Part shown: in pieces, positions 1 to 13,866 of the stretch | Numbering within the stretch: position 1 is the stretch's first letter | Layout: each line of letters opens with the position of its first letter | From: Balanoglossus misakiensis | Lineage: Eukaryota; Animalia; Hemichordata | Assembly: GCA_040954595.2 (NCBI GenBank) | Contig: CM082579.2 | Span: 1,050,922-1,114,921 of the forward strand | DNA length: 64,000 nucleotides | Direction: 5' to 3' | The notes under the pieces: generated by a model | Told to the model about the DNA's origin: nothing | The model's database searches: none | The model's input: the letters and a program-made list of their open reading frames with translations, nothing else | Translations under genes and position numbers: made by a program

Positions 1-3000
1 TGCATAAATATGATTGACAGAATTTAATTCTGGCATTCATTTTACCTTGGTTTCCAACACAAAGGAATTGTTTATAGCAAGTAGAATTCTTAAGTCTCTA
101 TCAAAAAGCTAGTGGGAGCAGAGCCATATGTGAATGTTTTCTGAGAATCAATAAGAACACATAACTATATTCATAACATCGATCAAGCCACCATTATTTT
201 TCTTTTAATATGTTAACATCTCATAAATCATGAAATTTTCTCACTTGGAATTTATCATCCTTTCTTAAGATTCTAAAAACCAAACAATACTTGATGTGAT
301 CGATATTTCTACAGCAATTTAATGAAAGGAATGCCACAATGTTCATAAAACTGTCACAGTCAGTCAGTTCCTGCTACCAACCATAGATTTTGCCTGACTT
401 GTCAATATTAATACATTTTCTGTGTCCTATTAACCCAGATAAAGTTTAATAAACTTTAGTTGCTATTAAAAATTCATTGATTTTATTTGGGGATGTGGTT
501 GTGTTTACGCCTAAGTAAGTTTCTTGTTAGTGGTTTTGTAAAATACCATATTAAAAAGCTTCATGCTGAGTAAAGTCTGTTTAACAACCAACAAACAAAT
601 AGCTGTCGACACTTATTTTTTAACATTAGGAAAAGTAGAGAAAAACTCGCTATTTCTCATTCATTTTTGCAATAAAAGCTGCTTTCCATGGCAACCGAGT
701 AATTTCATTTCTAGAAAAGCTTTCAGCTGCATGGACAACAAAATGTGGGAATAATTTTCCATGCACAGCAGATGCGACAGAGAGAGTGGATTATTTGATT
801 ATTTAGTTTAGTCAAAAAACTCCCTGGTCCGTTTGCATGCGACTAATCTGCCTATTAACTCAAAGTCAATGGAAGGGAAATAATTGATAAAAGTGTGGAA
901 GTCGTTGCAATCTGACAAGCAATTAAATATTTCAAAAGGCTGCTCTCTACTTATCCGTTTGTGGGAACAAAAAATGCCTTAAGGATTCAACTTGACGCAG
1001 GAAATAAATTTTGCCTTAGTACCATGTTTACAGTACAGTATTGATTTTATTACTTATTTGAAACTGTAAATCATGCTATATCTTGAGTTCGTCACTGACG
1101 TCATTTATTCTCATCCAAGTCTGTGATTATGGTTGTCCATGGCAACAAACAGTCCCTGTGTAAAGTTAACATTCACAAATATGAAATGAGCTAACATCAT
1201 TGCTGTGGATTTGAAGGCAGTCAATTTGAAGAATGAACTGTTAGCAATTGTCTCCTCATTCCATTTTCAAGTCTATCGTTTCATCTTTGACTCATGGCAA
1301 TCATTCTCGCAAACCAGAGTCTACCTCCAACTCTGAAACCGTTGCCGTAAAGCAGTCCTGGTTTGCAACGATGATGGCAATTAGTAAAACAGCCACACAC
1401 GACTATCTCTTCTCAATATAATGCAAGAATAATTTATGATAGAAGTGATCTGACAGACAACGGGCACCATATCCCTGTTGACATCGATACCTCTGATGAA
1501 TTATTACTCTCATTTGCTTGCAGCCCGTCTTTTTTTCCCGGCAGCTGTATTTCAAAACTACATGCAAGCATTATTTCTCAGAAAGTACCTCAAAGCAATC
1601 CATTTTAACGATTTTCCGTTGGCCTTGATACTTATGAGAATCTTTTCCATTTTAAAAAACGTTCTCTTAAAGCATTTTTTCCCTGATTATGAAACATTGA
1701 CTGCATCAGTGATTCTTTAACATGATGTCCGACAGTCTCCCAATGAATATGAGTCCATTGAATATACTGTTGTTATGCTATTAAGCACTGTTTTATTAGA
1801 AATCACCAAGCATCTTGTCTATCTTTGTCAGAGAAAATGTCAAATTTAACGCAGTCGTAACTCCCAGTGTCTGCTTCACTGATTTCACAGCACGGTTACC
1901 TGTGCATTAAGTCATGGGAAACTGAATTCGTCTGACAGAATTAACATCTTTTCATCACTTCTAATAGGGTGTGTATCCCAAGTAGCACACTTAAAAAATA
2001 TCTGCTTTATCATTTCTTGTTTTACCGTGTTCATTAAATTCACTTCATAAACATGATTTTCGAGAAGCATCAAAAGAGAAATTTTGTCGCAGGGTGATCA
2101 ATCTGATTAAAATCAGATGTAGGTACGGCAACGTCTTTTACTTGCGCTGCACGGTATTCTCTTATACTGTTCGCCGCACACTTCCAACTTGAATACTTTA
2201 ACCTGGTTTTTCAATCACTAATATGTCATGATCGGTTTACATCAGACACAAGTTCTGTACTATCTGTGGCATAACCCATCTAATGGAATTGTAGTCATAT
2301 CACTCCTCTATGAGTACAAATGTCTGCAAAGGCGCTATATTGTTGACAATTATCACAGACTGTAACTTATATTGGTAGAAAATAATTTTGAAAATGGCAA
2401 AGTGTCAAGGGGTCACAGTTTAATTTTGTTTCTAGTCTGGATTGCAGAGATAAACTAGATCATAAAATACAAAGCCTAATCACTTCCAGTTGTAAAACTG
2501 GGACAACTATTTTCATAGCAATGGAAGGATTTCAGTGATATTTAAATTTCTTTGCAAACAAAATAAGTTAAGCTTTTCCAGGGTTCATTTATAATCTTCC
2601 AACCATGGGTCAGAATTCACAAAACTGTGGCAAAAAGTGCAAAGTTTAAATATTGATCTCATAAATCTTTGTGGATCTTGGCTCAGACAGAATAAAATCA
2701 AAGCAGATCTGTTTCTTCTCAGGAGATTATAGGAAAAATGATACAAATTTCACATGGTAAGGTCACATTTCATCTTGAGGCAACTTTTAATGGGTTTGAT
2801 TTCAGCTGCCTACATCTGTGCACTGACAGACAGTCTACATAGAAAACTATGAAAATCGTGTGATTATCGGATTTTGTCTTTGTCCTGCATTTAAATTTCA
2901 GCATTTTAATCAGTGTTATTCTCCTGAGAGACAATCCTGTCAAGTCACTATAATCTTGAACTTCATAGATCAAAGTCAACACCACACGGGGAAAGTGATT

Positions 3001-6000
3001 TATTAACATGCAATTACATTATAACCTTTGCTTCTAAATCTCCTAATCTGCTCTGGCAGCAGTTTGTATCACGACAGTATGGATAAGTTATGTTTTGTGG
3101 TATGGTATCGCTCTCAGTTATAACTAATACACGCATTGTGAATCTCATGAACGCGCTATGTTTACTGAATACCGCATTAGAAGTGCAGAATTTCAAATAA
3201 ATGCTTAGTTTTTTTACTTTTCCATTTAAATTCATGGAAACTGTTGAAGTGCTCATCCAAGAAATACTGTCCTGCATCTAAATTTAACTCAACACATAAA
3301 TGTAAATCAGGTGATACCAGTGCAGGTGAAACCTTTCCAAGCAATATATTCAATGTATCATTTTCAACTTTATCCCTCCAAAGGATCATTACATAGAGCG
3401 ATTTCTCATCCGTTATGTTTGCACACAGTCAGGAAAATTTATGACCCACGATGCTTTTAATCACCTGCGCTGACTTGTACATAATTAGAGTATCGCCATG
3501 GTAATTACTTTCACTTGTAAATCATTTCAAAGGTTGGCCTCCCTGGCAGTAAATTATGAGTATTTTTTGACAGGTGTCATATTCAGCTGAAATTACTGAA
3601 GCAATGACTACACCTTGCACACGGAATGTGATGCAGAAATAACAGAGACTGTGACTTGGTCACTGATGACATTCAGAGCCTATGGTGCAAATTTAGCCAC
3701 CATTACCACAGAAAATGTAACCACAGATAGTGGCCGGTGAAAATACATTTTGATTACCGTACTGCAGTTCGACAGTTTATTAAACCAAACAGCTTAAACT
3801 GATGACTTGACACCTCTTTCCTTCAGAACAAGCTGTCAATAACCGCAAGGTGTTGAAGGTCTATTCTCAGGTTGCTATGATTTCACCTTTAGTATAGAAA
3901 ACCATCAACAAGGTGTATAAAGTACAAAACTGTGAGTGTTGGTGATAGCAAAAAAAAAGTCAAGTGAAGTGACCACCTGTGCCTGGCTATTCATGAATCG
4001 TTTCTTTGAGATCCACAACAAAAAGCGTCAGTCTCTATTGACAACATCTTGTACATATCAAGGTTATTACAAGGTTTTCTTTTTCTCCTTCAATACTGTG
4101 ACAAGCTGTCTTTTGAAATCAAACTTTGGTTCTAGTTTTTTTTTCTCGAGTGATGGCAATTAAAAAGAGATGGATTTAAATTGGAAGCAACATTTAACTG
4201 TGGTACATTGTACTCTGTTCAGCGATCAAGGACTTTCCATGTATGTATGGTTTCTGTTCAGCAGAGTGACACCTGCTTTCTCAGATAGCAAACTTTAATT
4301 GCAAATTTCAAACTGTATGTTTCCTATCAGCATTTACAACCACACAGCAAACAGTGATGGGATTTGTGTCATTTGAGTATGTACAGCAAAAACCCCAGGC
4401 TATTAAGACTCTCATCCACTCAGGCTATTGCCATGGAATCAAATCACAGCTGATACAAAAGGCACATGTATGCATGAATGAATCCAAACACAACATTTGT
4501 AGCAATGTCAGGTCTGTCTTACACAAGGAAGGTATAAAATTCCTCCTTCTGTTGCAGATCACAGTCGAGAGCTGACTTTTTCATATGCAATCATAATTTT
4601 ATTCCAAAGTCCACTCATCAATCGACAGACTTGTGCCTTGAGCAAATCACAAGGAGCCTTTCATGTGCATAAAATCTTTGCACTTCCTAATCCACTGCGA
4701 TGGCCTTCGTTGCAAAATCTCAAAACATTTTGTGGGTTTTCACCGAACTGTACATTCTGCTTTTAATGAGAAGAGCATCTTCAATCAGCCTGAGTATGTT
4801 GGTGTTAAATGAGACAATCATACCACGGTTTGCTGCACACTTTTGCAGGTGTTTTTTTTTCCATTGCATCACTGTAGTCTGTACATGTCATTATAATTAT
4901 CTGAGAGAGACATGTAATAACAGGATTCATGCACAATTTAACGTTTGAGGAAACAGATTTCTCTAAGGTTCCCTTCCACTGTTCTCCGAGACTTTCCTGC
5001 ACCTGTCCTTATCAATTATTCAGATCATTTTAAAATTAAAACCACTCGATTTCTAGAAACCTGCAGCTCATCTACTCAGTGTGGTTAATCACCACATTCA
5101 TTAATTAGTCCACAGAGTCTAAAGCTGTTGTGGGCAATTAAGTTTCATTTCAAAATGTGACAATCGCTGAAACGACCTCACAGGTTAAGGTCGGTGTTGA
5201 TGAATATTGACTGATGTTTTTAACAGAGGTATCTGCTACTCCTAAACTGCAACACATTGTACCACTAACTTGCCACCTAAATGGTGCCAGTTGTATTATT
5301 GCATTAATATGTTTCATTCATGCCATGCTTGTTGGAAATAATAAACTTGTGAATAAATGTATTGTAGCATTTAAATTAATGTAACTTTTAGGCTAGAAAT
5401 CCTGCGTTGTATGGGGTTGCCAAGGACAGAATTGTTGTAAACATACACATTCTTTGATTGATGACATCAAAAGTCTTCTTCATTACCAAGGTGAGAGTTA
5501 AAATAACTCAGGCAGGCAAAACACGCAAAACATCTCCTTGAACTTGGTCAGTACTTCTTCAGGTCATTGAGTTCATTATTTCTTGAAGAGTCTGTGTGTG
5601 ATGGTTTTACAGTCAAAGTACACGTAGTACCACAAAGCACCGTTTCAGAATTCCTGCCTCATCTGTTGTAACTCTCCCTGGTTCGGTTGTCAAAATCAAA
5701 CTCTCTGAGAAATCAGATGGCTACAATGGCAGAGGCATTGGTTACACTTGAAGTACTTGTGTGGCATGAATGGGAACCACTAGAAGACACGTACCCTTGA
5801 CTTGAGAAGTTTTTGACCTTCTCACCTCGTCAAAGTGTCAAGTGTATTGGGTGTCTTCATGGCAAGTTGCACAAGAAAGACCCACCACAAAGGGTCAGCT
5901 GCTGTAAATGTCAACAGCAAGACCAGAACTCCCCTAGATAACATGGGCCAACAGAAAATCAACAAGGCTTATATACAGGTTAGAAGTGAGGTTCACATTA

Positions 6001-8687
6001 GACAGTTTATGATAGCCCTGCGTAGGTGTACGTTTTAAATCACTTACTCCATACAAATGTTGCTAAACTATTAAAAACAATGAAATATTTTTGTATGAGA
6101 CCAAGGCATGAATGAGAAATCACAATCAAAATGTATACAATCCATAACATTTCGAACTTCTGAAACAATTTCACGCCTCTATATTAATATAATCATAGTT
6201 TATGTATCTTTCAAGGAAAAGAGAACTCTTTGTTCTACAAGAGAATAAACTCAGTTCACGAGGACAAAAATACTCTGTGTAATGGCATGTTTTCAAGATT
6301 GGAGAATACTGTGTCAATATTAGCAGATAACCATCTTGAAAACCAAATACACATTAGTCACTGTCAATGGTTATTCAGTTACCTAATGTATGTACTATTT
6401 TATCTGTTTCCAGCATTAGGATAGTTTCAAGTACACACGTGTCAACATCACACTCCCCGATTCAAGCCGGATTCAGATTGTAAAAGTTTAATCTTTATAA
6501 AGATCTAGGTATATCCGCATCCCAAACTCCTACACACATACATGAACTTCCTTCTCATTTTCTGGCACATCCTCGCAATCAGTGCCTCCTTGAGTGTCTG
6601 ACACATTTTAAGAGTACCTTCTGTGTGTATATCTGCTCATTTGTAATACTTCAGTACTTTCCCTCTCGATCACTACCTACTCCTCAAAGCCCCCCCCCCC
6701 CCCGACCCCTTAATATGTCTTCATCTCCAATTAAAGATGAACATATTTTTCTTGGCCATCTAACAGAGAGCATGATTACATCAATCACACCAATGTTTAA
6801 GTAACTGTTATCTAACATTCTATCTGCCATGTCATTGCAAAGTCTGTCCTCACAGTTATATTCAAATTAATCAATTTATAATTAACTGCAGAATTCTCTG
6901 AGACAGTTGTGCAGCCAGCATTCTGACACTGGCCATGATAAATTCAGTTGATAATGGTGATATATTATGCTGTATTACCAAATCAAATACACAAGTCAAC
7001 CACTATCCAGGGTCCAAGGACAGGTTAGAAGAATCAACATTCTACTCTAAGCACTTTCTTGGCAGTGGCTCAAGATTTTCGTTCAGGGGTTTAAATACTT
7101 AGACAAGATTTCTGAGAATGACAGCTTCATTTCAGTGTGTCTGTATAGCTGTAAAATTCATCATTTTTGTTTTGTAAGAGAAACAGAAAATATCTCAGTA
7201 ATCCAATTTATCACCCTATCAGTTACACAACAAGTCATAACTTAGCTGTGTGAAAACAAACATGTCAAAGCTACCAATCTCTCACAACTTTATTCTCATC
7301 AGGTGAATTTCAATTTGACAAATTTGAGGAAATCAGAGAAGATTTCAAATGTCATATTTTTGGTATAGTAGTCTTCACTCAATACGCTCCATATCACTAC
7401 TGATGATGCCATTAGTCAAACACTTAAGTTTCCATCATTGACAAGTACAAACAAAATTACATAATGTATGAACAGCACAAACAACTCTGTTCTCATCTTG
7501 TTCTATCCATCACTCACGTACACATACATTAGCATGATTTACTCAGACTAGAAGTGACAAGGCCATCATCCAATGCTCTGATAAAAATACCATCAAGGAC
7601 ACTGTGTTCCTATTTGATTAAAATTGGTACAGATATCAACAGTACAGCATGATTAAAACTCTTAGCCCACTCTACGGTATTCCCAAACTTAATGTTCCAG
7701 CAGTCCATCTGGTACTGTAGTTTTTGAGTTCATGAGTTTTGATTGGCTTCACATTTCAGCTCATTTGCATATTTATGGTAGAGCAACTTCATCTGAACGA
7801 AATCCCACCTGGTCAAGAGTATTCTGTCCACTCCACTTTCTACTTGTAACTGATTCAGCTATCACAATTGTTTCCCAAGAAGGCTTAACACCCCTTCCTA
7901 TATATTTATGCTTGAACAGCAACACTGATGCATTTTCCAATGAACTCATTATCATTTCATGATGGGTCAGTTGCTGCCTGGTATTTACTTGCATTAGGGA
8001 AATTTCCATGTTACACTCTCTTGGTTGAAGGGGGTTTACTTTTGTGAGAAGTGAAAAATCATTTAAATCAGTGATGGTGGTGGTCGTCTTATAAAACATT
8101 CAAACAAATCAATTAATTTAATCAGATATATTTAAACAGATTTATTTAAACAGGTATATTTTCACTAAAGAGGACAATGGTATATTAAAATGTTGTGTAT
8201 AAACAGAAGAAAAACGTACTTGAAATCTTCCAAACCAAATACATGTACATTTCAAGCCGAAATGAACATCATCTATTTGCATATTCATATTGCAACAAAT
8301 CAATAGACGCTCTATTTGCATATTAATATATTTAAATGCGGCTAAAACTTTGCTTGAATGAATGAACTTGTTGAAGAAGTGAAAGTCGTTTTAAAAACGA
8401 CACCCGTGGCGGAAATATTGCTTATTATATTTATATGAAGGCCTGGTGAAAATACCTAGCAAACTTCTTATCGCGTTTTATATGTTTCTGAAAATATTAG
8501 CCTGTTCGCGTTACGTCAGCAAAGCTCGTAAAAATTCATTCCGAACTATGCTCACTATCAGTGTGGTGTCTGCGTTTTCCAATAGGTTAAATAACTTCAC
8601 CTTTGTCTATGTTCAGTGAACCTGAATGAACAAAACATAAACTATATTACATTTTACTTCGTTCTTATAAATTGTAAATAAACTTAC

Positions 8688-9377
8688 CTCGTGGTTCCAG
8701 AGAGTACTTGCAGCTGAAGGCGACAGTTTGGGGCTCGAAGATTTAAATCTCCACTTCTTTGGGAGAAGCCTACTGCTTGGGGATGACGGAGACTTTCCCT
8801 TGAGCATAACTGTGGGAGAAGCAAGAGGAGAACTATCAAAACAAAATTCTGATTCGCTATGGCTTTCATCTTCGCTATGAAACGGACTTGATGATGTTGA
8901 CGGTGACTTCGGACCACCGTGGAAAAACACTGCCATTTTGTGGAAGTAGTTTTGTTTTTTCCTGGTGCGCGGTGATGGCACATCGGGTGATTCTGGTCCG
9001 GCATCTTCGAAAGATTTGACAGTTCTCAATTTATGAATACTGCTGCTACTGCCAATATGAGCGTCTTTCTCCTTTAGTGTTTCTTTAACTGAGTGTCCGC
9101 CGTCAGTCCGATCTTCGGCCTGCCTGTTGCGAGTCAAATTTGGGTCATAGCTCCGTGTCAGTCTCAGCTTAGCATGACGATTTTGTGAGGCTTTCGAAGG
9201 AGTTACTGGTGAATGTGGTTCGGAACAATCTTCAGAAGTTGACGAAGTCCTCGAATGATTGTTGTTGTCGTACAAGCGCATCTCGCTCTTTGGTGATTTC
9301 GGCGATTGTCGTCCGAAGTCAAAAGATGAACCAATCGTGTCGTCCGGTGAAGGGTGACTGGTCTCCATCGATGTCAT
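8688..9377 (-). CDS. First coding exon of a gene that continues beyond the left edge of the window. Ser/Pro-rich disordered N-terminus, possibly ARHGAP6/RhoGAP102A-like RhoGAP
   Basis: 230-codon exon from ATG 9377 ending at a strong donor GAG|GTAAGT (8688/8687). Its end, SRLLPKKWRFKS...STLWNHE, resembles (from memory) the 'KKWR.S..W.P.G' segment just before the conserved N-terminal region of ARHGAP6/RhoGAP102A. No further exon was found in 1-8687. The exon is fairly secure; the identity is weak. Confidence 0.55.
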
Positions 9378-12300
9378 GATGATCTTCTATTAAAAAAATG
9401 TTTTATCTCACCATTAAATGAAGTTCTCTGGCGTAGCGCGTAGTAGCTGTTAGGATCAGTCAATTTACCACATGCTGTGCTATTCCAACACGTAACACAT
9501 TTCTCACACAAAAGTACTGACTATCTGAGTATGGAAATGAAGTTTCAGGTCTCGTTCATTAAGTAGATAAATTTTGATAAATGTAACATATAACCATGTC
9601 CAAAATTGACAGAAATCGATCCACAGACAGGTTTGCCGACAATGGATCGTCTCGCCAGTCGCTTTTCAACACTGGCAGTCAAAACATCGTTGTTTGCAGA
9701 GATGTAAACAAAGTGACCAACAAATGCCAAGCCGGTCGATGATCACTATCTTATCTTCGAGGATTCTTGTCATCCAAAGGCACTGCAGGTACAATGTCTT
9801 CTATGAACGGAGCGCCTTGCAGTCCCAACCTGTTGTACTTTGCTCGAATGATGACTTGAACTTCTGAGTTAAACTTTTACAGCAGATATTTATCAGCACA
9901 CGTAATTATATGAGAAATGCACTGGTCCGGATCCGCGCCAGTTCACGTGTGTACTATACAAGCGATTTACTGGAGCGCGCGTTGGGCCAATATCCCGATC
10001 GGTAAAATAAACTGCCAGATATTTGCAAAGAAAACAGATCGATACGACGCGGTGATGATTTGTAAACTGTCGTGCACCCAAAGATATTGTAATTTTCATA
10101 CAGTGACATTCCGAAACACACTGTGAATTGACGACCACAACGAATGAGTAAACTTCTAGTTCCGAACCCGTCAGACGGGATAATTGATTGGACGTAACTA
10201 TTTATCTGATGGGTACATACAGCTCTGCCCATGAGAGGGACGTTTAACATGTTGGGGTTCATTCAGAACCCGGAGACTGGTCCGGAAGGAAGTGTTATGT
10301 ATTATCATGATCTCGTTTACATATCATCTGCGCTTAGTATCACACTATCGAAAATTAATGAAGATTGGTTCAGTTTCATGTCCGCGTTGGAATAATTTTT
10401 CTCCGGGTTGTTTTTGAATCTATCAACATAAATAGACTATTCCATTAAACTTTTGAACAATAGAGGGCGGTTCCAGGGTTCAATCCAAAGCAAAACGTCG
10501 AACCGGGCAGCATTGTCCCGACAGGTTACGGAGTTTTAATGTTTGTTATTGAAAGATGTTTATGTTCAAGGCAGTATGACGTAAAGAGAGATGACAGCAC
10601 TTTAAAGTGGGACAGAGTTCAGCTGTGAAAACCTTTTCTTCATTCTTGGCGTCGGTGGAATAAATTGGAAACTTTCTGATATCAGCTTTTTGGATCTGTT
10701 TAATTTTTTGTTGTTTATCTCAAGTTCTGCCATTGTGGTTTTAGTTTCTGGCTGTTCCATATTTGTGGGACCTTACATGGCTTCTGTTTTGCAGACTGAT
10801 AGTTCTCTAACATTGAGGGGCAACGAAAATTGAATTACGATTTTTTTTGCTGAATTTCAATTTTTAAGAAAACTTTTTTTGTCTCACTTTGATTGTTTTT
10901 GTGGGAAACGCGTCTTGGTCAAAACATAGCCGATCATCTTTCTTTTTCATGAAAATATTGACAGATTCAAGATGCACAGTTCTTGTTATGTAAATTAACA
11001 TATTCTTGATTAATCAGTCCAACTTCAAACAAATTTAACTATGTTCTGCACTACTGGCCGAAACATCTCTCAACTACTCTTTACATAGCTCCCTCTTGCG
11101 GTGGAATAATGCTCTTAGGATGCCGTTGTTTTCACTCATAGTTTGCGCATGGAAAATTCAATAAACAACTTATGGACTTCGGTTTATTGCAAATATTGCT
11201 ACCGAGTTTATTGCCAAGCCTACATTCCAGTTCGCATGTATAGGTTTATGCGCAAATGTTTCCATGAGTTCCTTTAAAGTTGGACATGATTTCACGAATT
11301 GTGTACTATAACAGCAACAATATTGCTGTCATACTTATGCGCTTATATATTAGAAAGATTGCAGTGATATGTATCCAATACTTCAACATAGCTTGGGTAA
11401 ATTGAAATTGCAATACTTCAACATGGTCGGCTTGGGTAATTTGTTGAAATGGTATTCCACACGCTTCCGTTCAGGCTTTGTGATTAATGATGGAGGTATT
11501 GCAATGTTGAAAGCATTGCAGGTTCTGAGGTTCATGATTTACTGTCGCCGTGAAATACATAGCATTGTAGTGTGTGGTATTTTGACGGACAAGGACAGAC
11601 TGCGGCAATAGTCGAGCGTTCGTGGAATGCGGGCAACGACCGGGTCCCTTGCCAGTCTTTGCCCATTGCCAAGAAACGCCAATGACGTGGGATTTTATAG
11701 TGTCGAAACGACAACAGAGTCTGCCAGATATCCTCAATATTCATCTTTGCGGGACATTGCCTTGAACGCACTAGGATAAATTGGACTGTTTCATTAACTC
11801 ACTGCGGCCAAAATACGCTGCATTATCACTTAAAAATTACCCCATCTAGAGTTGGATATTATTACTCATGTACATTTACACGTATACCACAACCAAAGCA
11901 TTTTAAACATATATAGATTGTGCTGTTATTATTCCTAGCGCTGACCCCGACCTGTAAGACAAATTAGAAGTCCATCAATTTATTTTATCGGCGATTTCTG
12001 GTGATTTCTTTTGAAGTACTCGAGCTACTGGGACTGTAACACGTAGACACAGTACCGTTCGCTAAAAGGTCATCGAGGGACCTATCAGTAATTATCACCA
12101 AGGGTGGATCCAAGTGAATCAGAGTGCGTCACGTAGAATGACTCAGTAGACGTCGCCAATTGTGGGCCAAACTTGACTTTCCAATTTTGTTAATATATTA
12201 TTTGTGTACCAGCTGGACGACAAACAGTTAAATGTTTATGGAAATGATTCTACTATGTTGTAAACCAGTCAGTAGGTTTCCACCAAACAAACGGAAAGTT

Positions 12301-13491
12301 TTATATGTTTACGTACCCATGGTTTCCATAATATTGTCAGTAAACACGTGGAAGCTCTCTTGGCGGAGCGGAAATACATTTCATGACATTTTACATCTCA
12401 GCTTATTGATATTGCAGTCTAACGTCATACGTTTAAACTTTCATTTTAAACGATTAAAAAGAAACGTAAACGAATTGACGCATTCCAAGCCTTGCATACA
12501 ATATTGTTTTCCATTTGTCCGATGTCAGAAACAATGTGGGAAAACACTCTCCTTGAGCGATGAATTCTTCCCAGTGGTCGGCCATGAACTTTGCTTAGCA
12601 AGAGACGTATATCTGAACGGCACGCTAATGCATCAAAACATGGCCCTTGTCTTCCGTTGTATATACTTATGCAGAAGTGGTACTTTTACAGTAAAATTAA
12701 GAAACCGGCAATTGCAAAGCAATATCCAGATGTTTTCCCTTTTCCGTGATAAACGCGCGATCTGGGAACACCGCGAGTCAAGATGGCAAAGCGCCTCGGT
12801 CTTGACATTCCGAGGCTACAACCATCAAATGACAGCGCATACCGCAGTCGATGAGACGCGCACATATACGTCGGGGGATAAATTTATCGTTCAATGGTTG
12901 TGTCAGTTAGACTACTGTTATTATCATCAATGTGCAAGCCACTTGTACAGATGGTCACAAAAATACGACGGCAGTGTCACAAATTGTAAGGTAACACCAG
13001 AGAACAAAATCCACCTGTCCATTTCCAGAACCCAAATCAACTGATGAGCTCTTTTCAGCATTCGTCGATCGAAATATCTAACATTCTTGAGAATAGATGT
13101 TTGCACGTCAACACGGACCGAATCGAATCATCGCGAAAGATAGGCTATAGAGTTCACACGCGTTTCTTCAATGGTGAAATTAAATTTAGATTTATTATTC
13201 ATCACCATTTATTTATCTATCTATTCAATGGTGGATGACGAACCCAAAAGTGGGTCATATCTTTGTCTCAATGATCATATTAAAGTCAGTGAATGAACAA
13301 ATCCATGCCACTATCACTAGGAGTTAGATGATATGGACGGTTCGTTCGGTTGACATTTGAAGTTGTAAGTCAACCGCATATCAAAACTTCATGGATCTAT
13401 AGAGGATAGCATGAACTTTGCCGGATGGTCACGTGTAAGATATTGATGTAAGATATTTAAGAGACAAATCGCCTCCGGGACCTATATCTAT

Positions 13492-13866
13492 TAGTCTGGT
13501 TCCCTGCCCCAATCCCACCGCTGGCTGCGCTACGCTAAAGGGAAAGGGTCAGGCACGGCCTATTGTAAACATGGCTCTCATTGGTCAATACATACGAAAA
13601 TTAAGTTGTTAAATTGATAAGTTGTTGTAAGATACTCATTTCCCGTTCTCTCCTTCACCTCCATGAATGTTTATCATTCGATTTCCAACTTTACAACAAA
13701 CGAAACAAAATAAACTGCCTGGATGAATCTTGACTGGCGTACGGACATTGGAGGCATCCATCTTGTTTCACACCCAGGTTTCTGGGTGTGAAATCGGGCC
13801 GTACCTGACCCCTTTCCCTTTAGCGTAGCGCAGCCAGCGGTGGGATTGGGGCAGGGAACCAGACTA
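13492..13866. mobile_element. Non-autonomous DNA transposon (MITE), 375 bp, Academ(H)-like termini
   Basis: TIRs at 13492-13560 and 13797-13866 (TAGTCTGGTTCCCTGCCCCAATCCC...) differ by one substitution and one indel. An identical 10-bp flank, CTATATCTAT, lies at 13482-13491 and 13867-13876 (TSD). No transposase ORF. Confidence 0.9.

Noticed and set aside
1-8687. Many 60-108-aa ORFs and RFX-like boxes (e.g. GTTGTCCATGGCAAC at 1132-1146)
   Set aside because: AT-rich intronic sequence with no coherent exons. Isolated motifs are not enough to call regulatory elements.
12232-13044. 270-aa ORF on the + strand
   Set aside because: No recognisable domain, random-looking composition, and no supporting splice structure.
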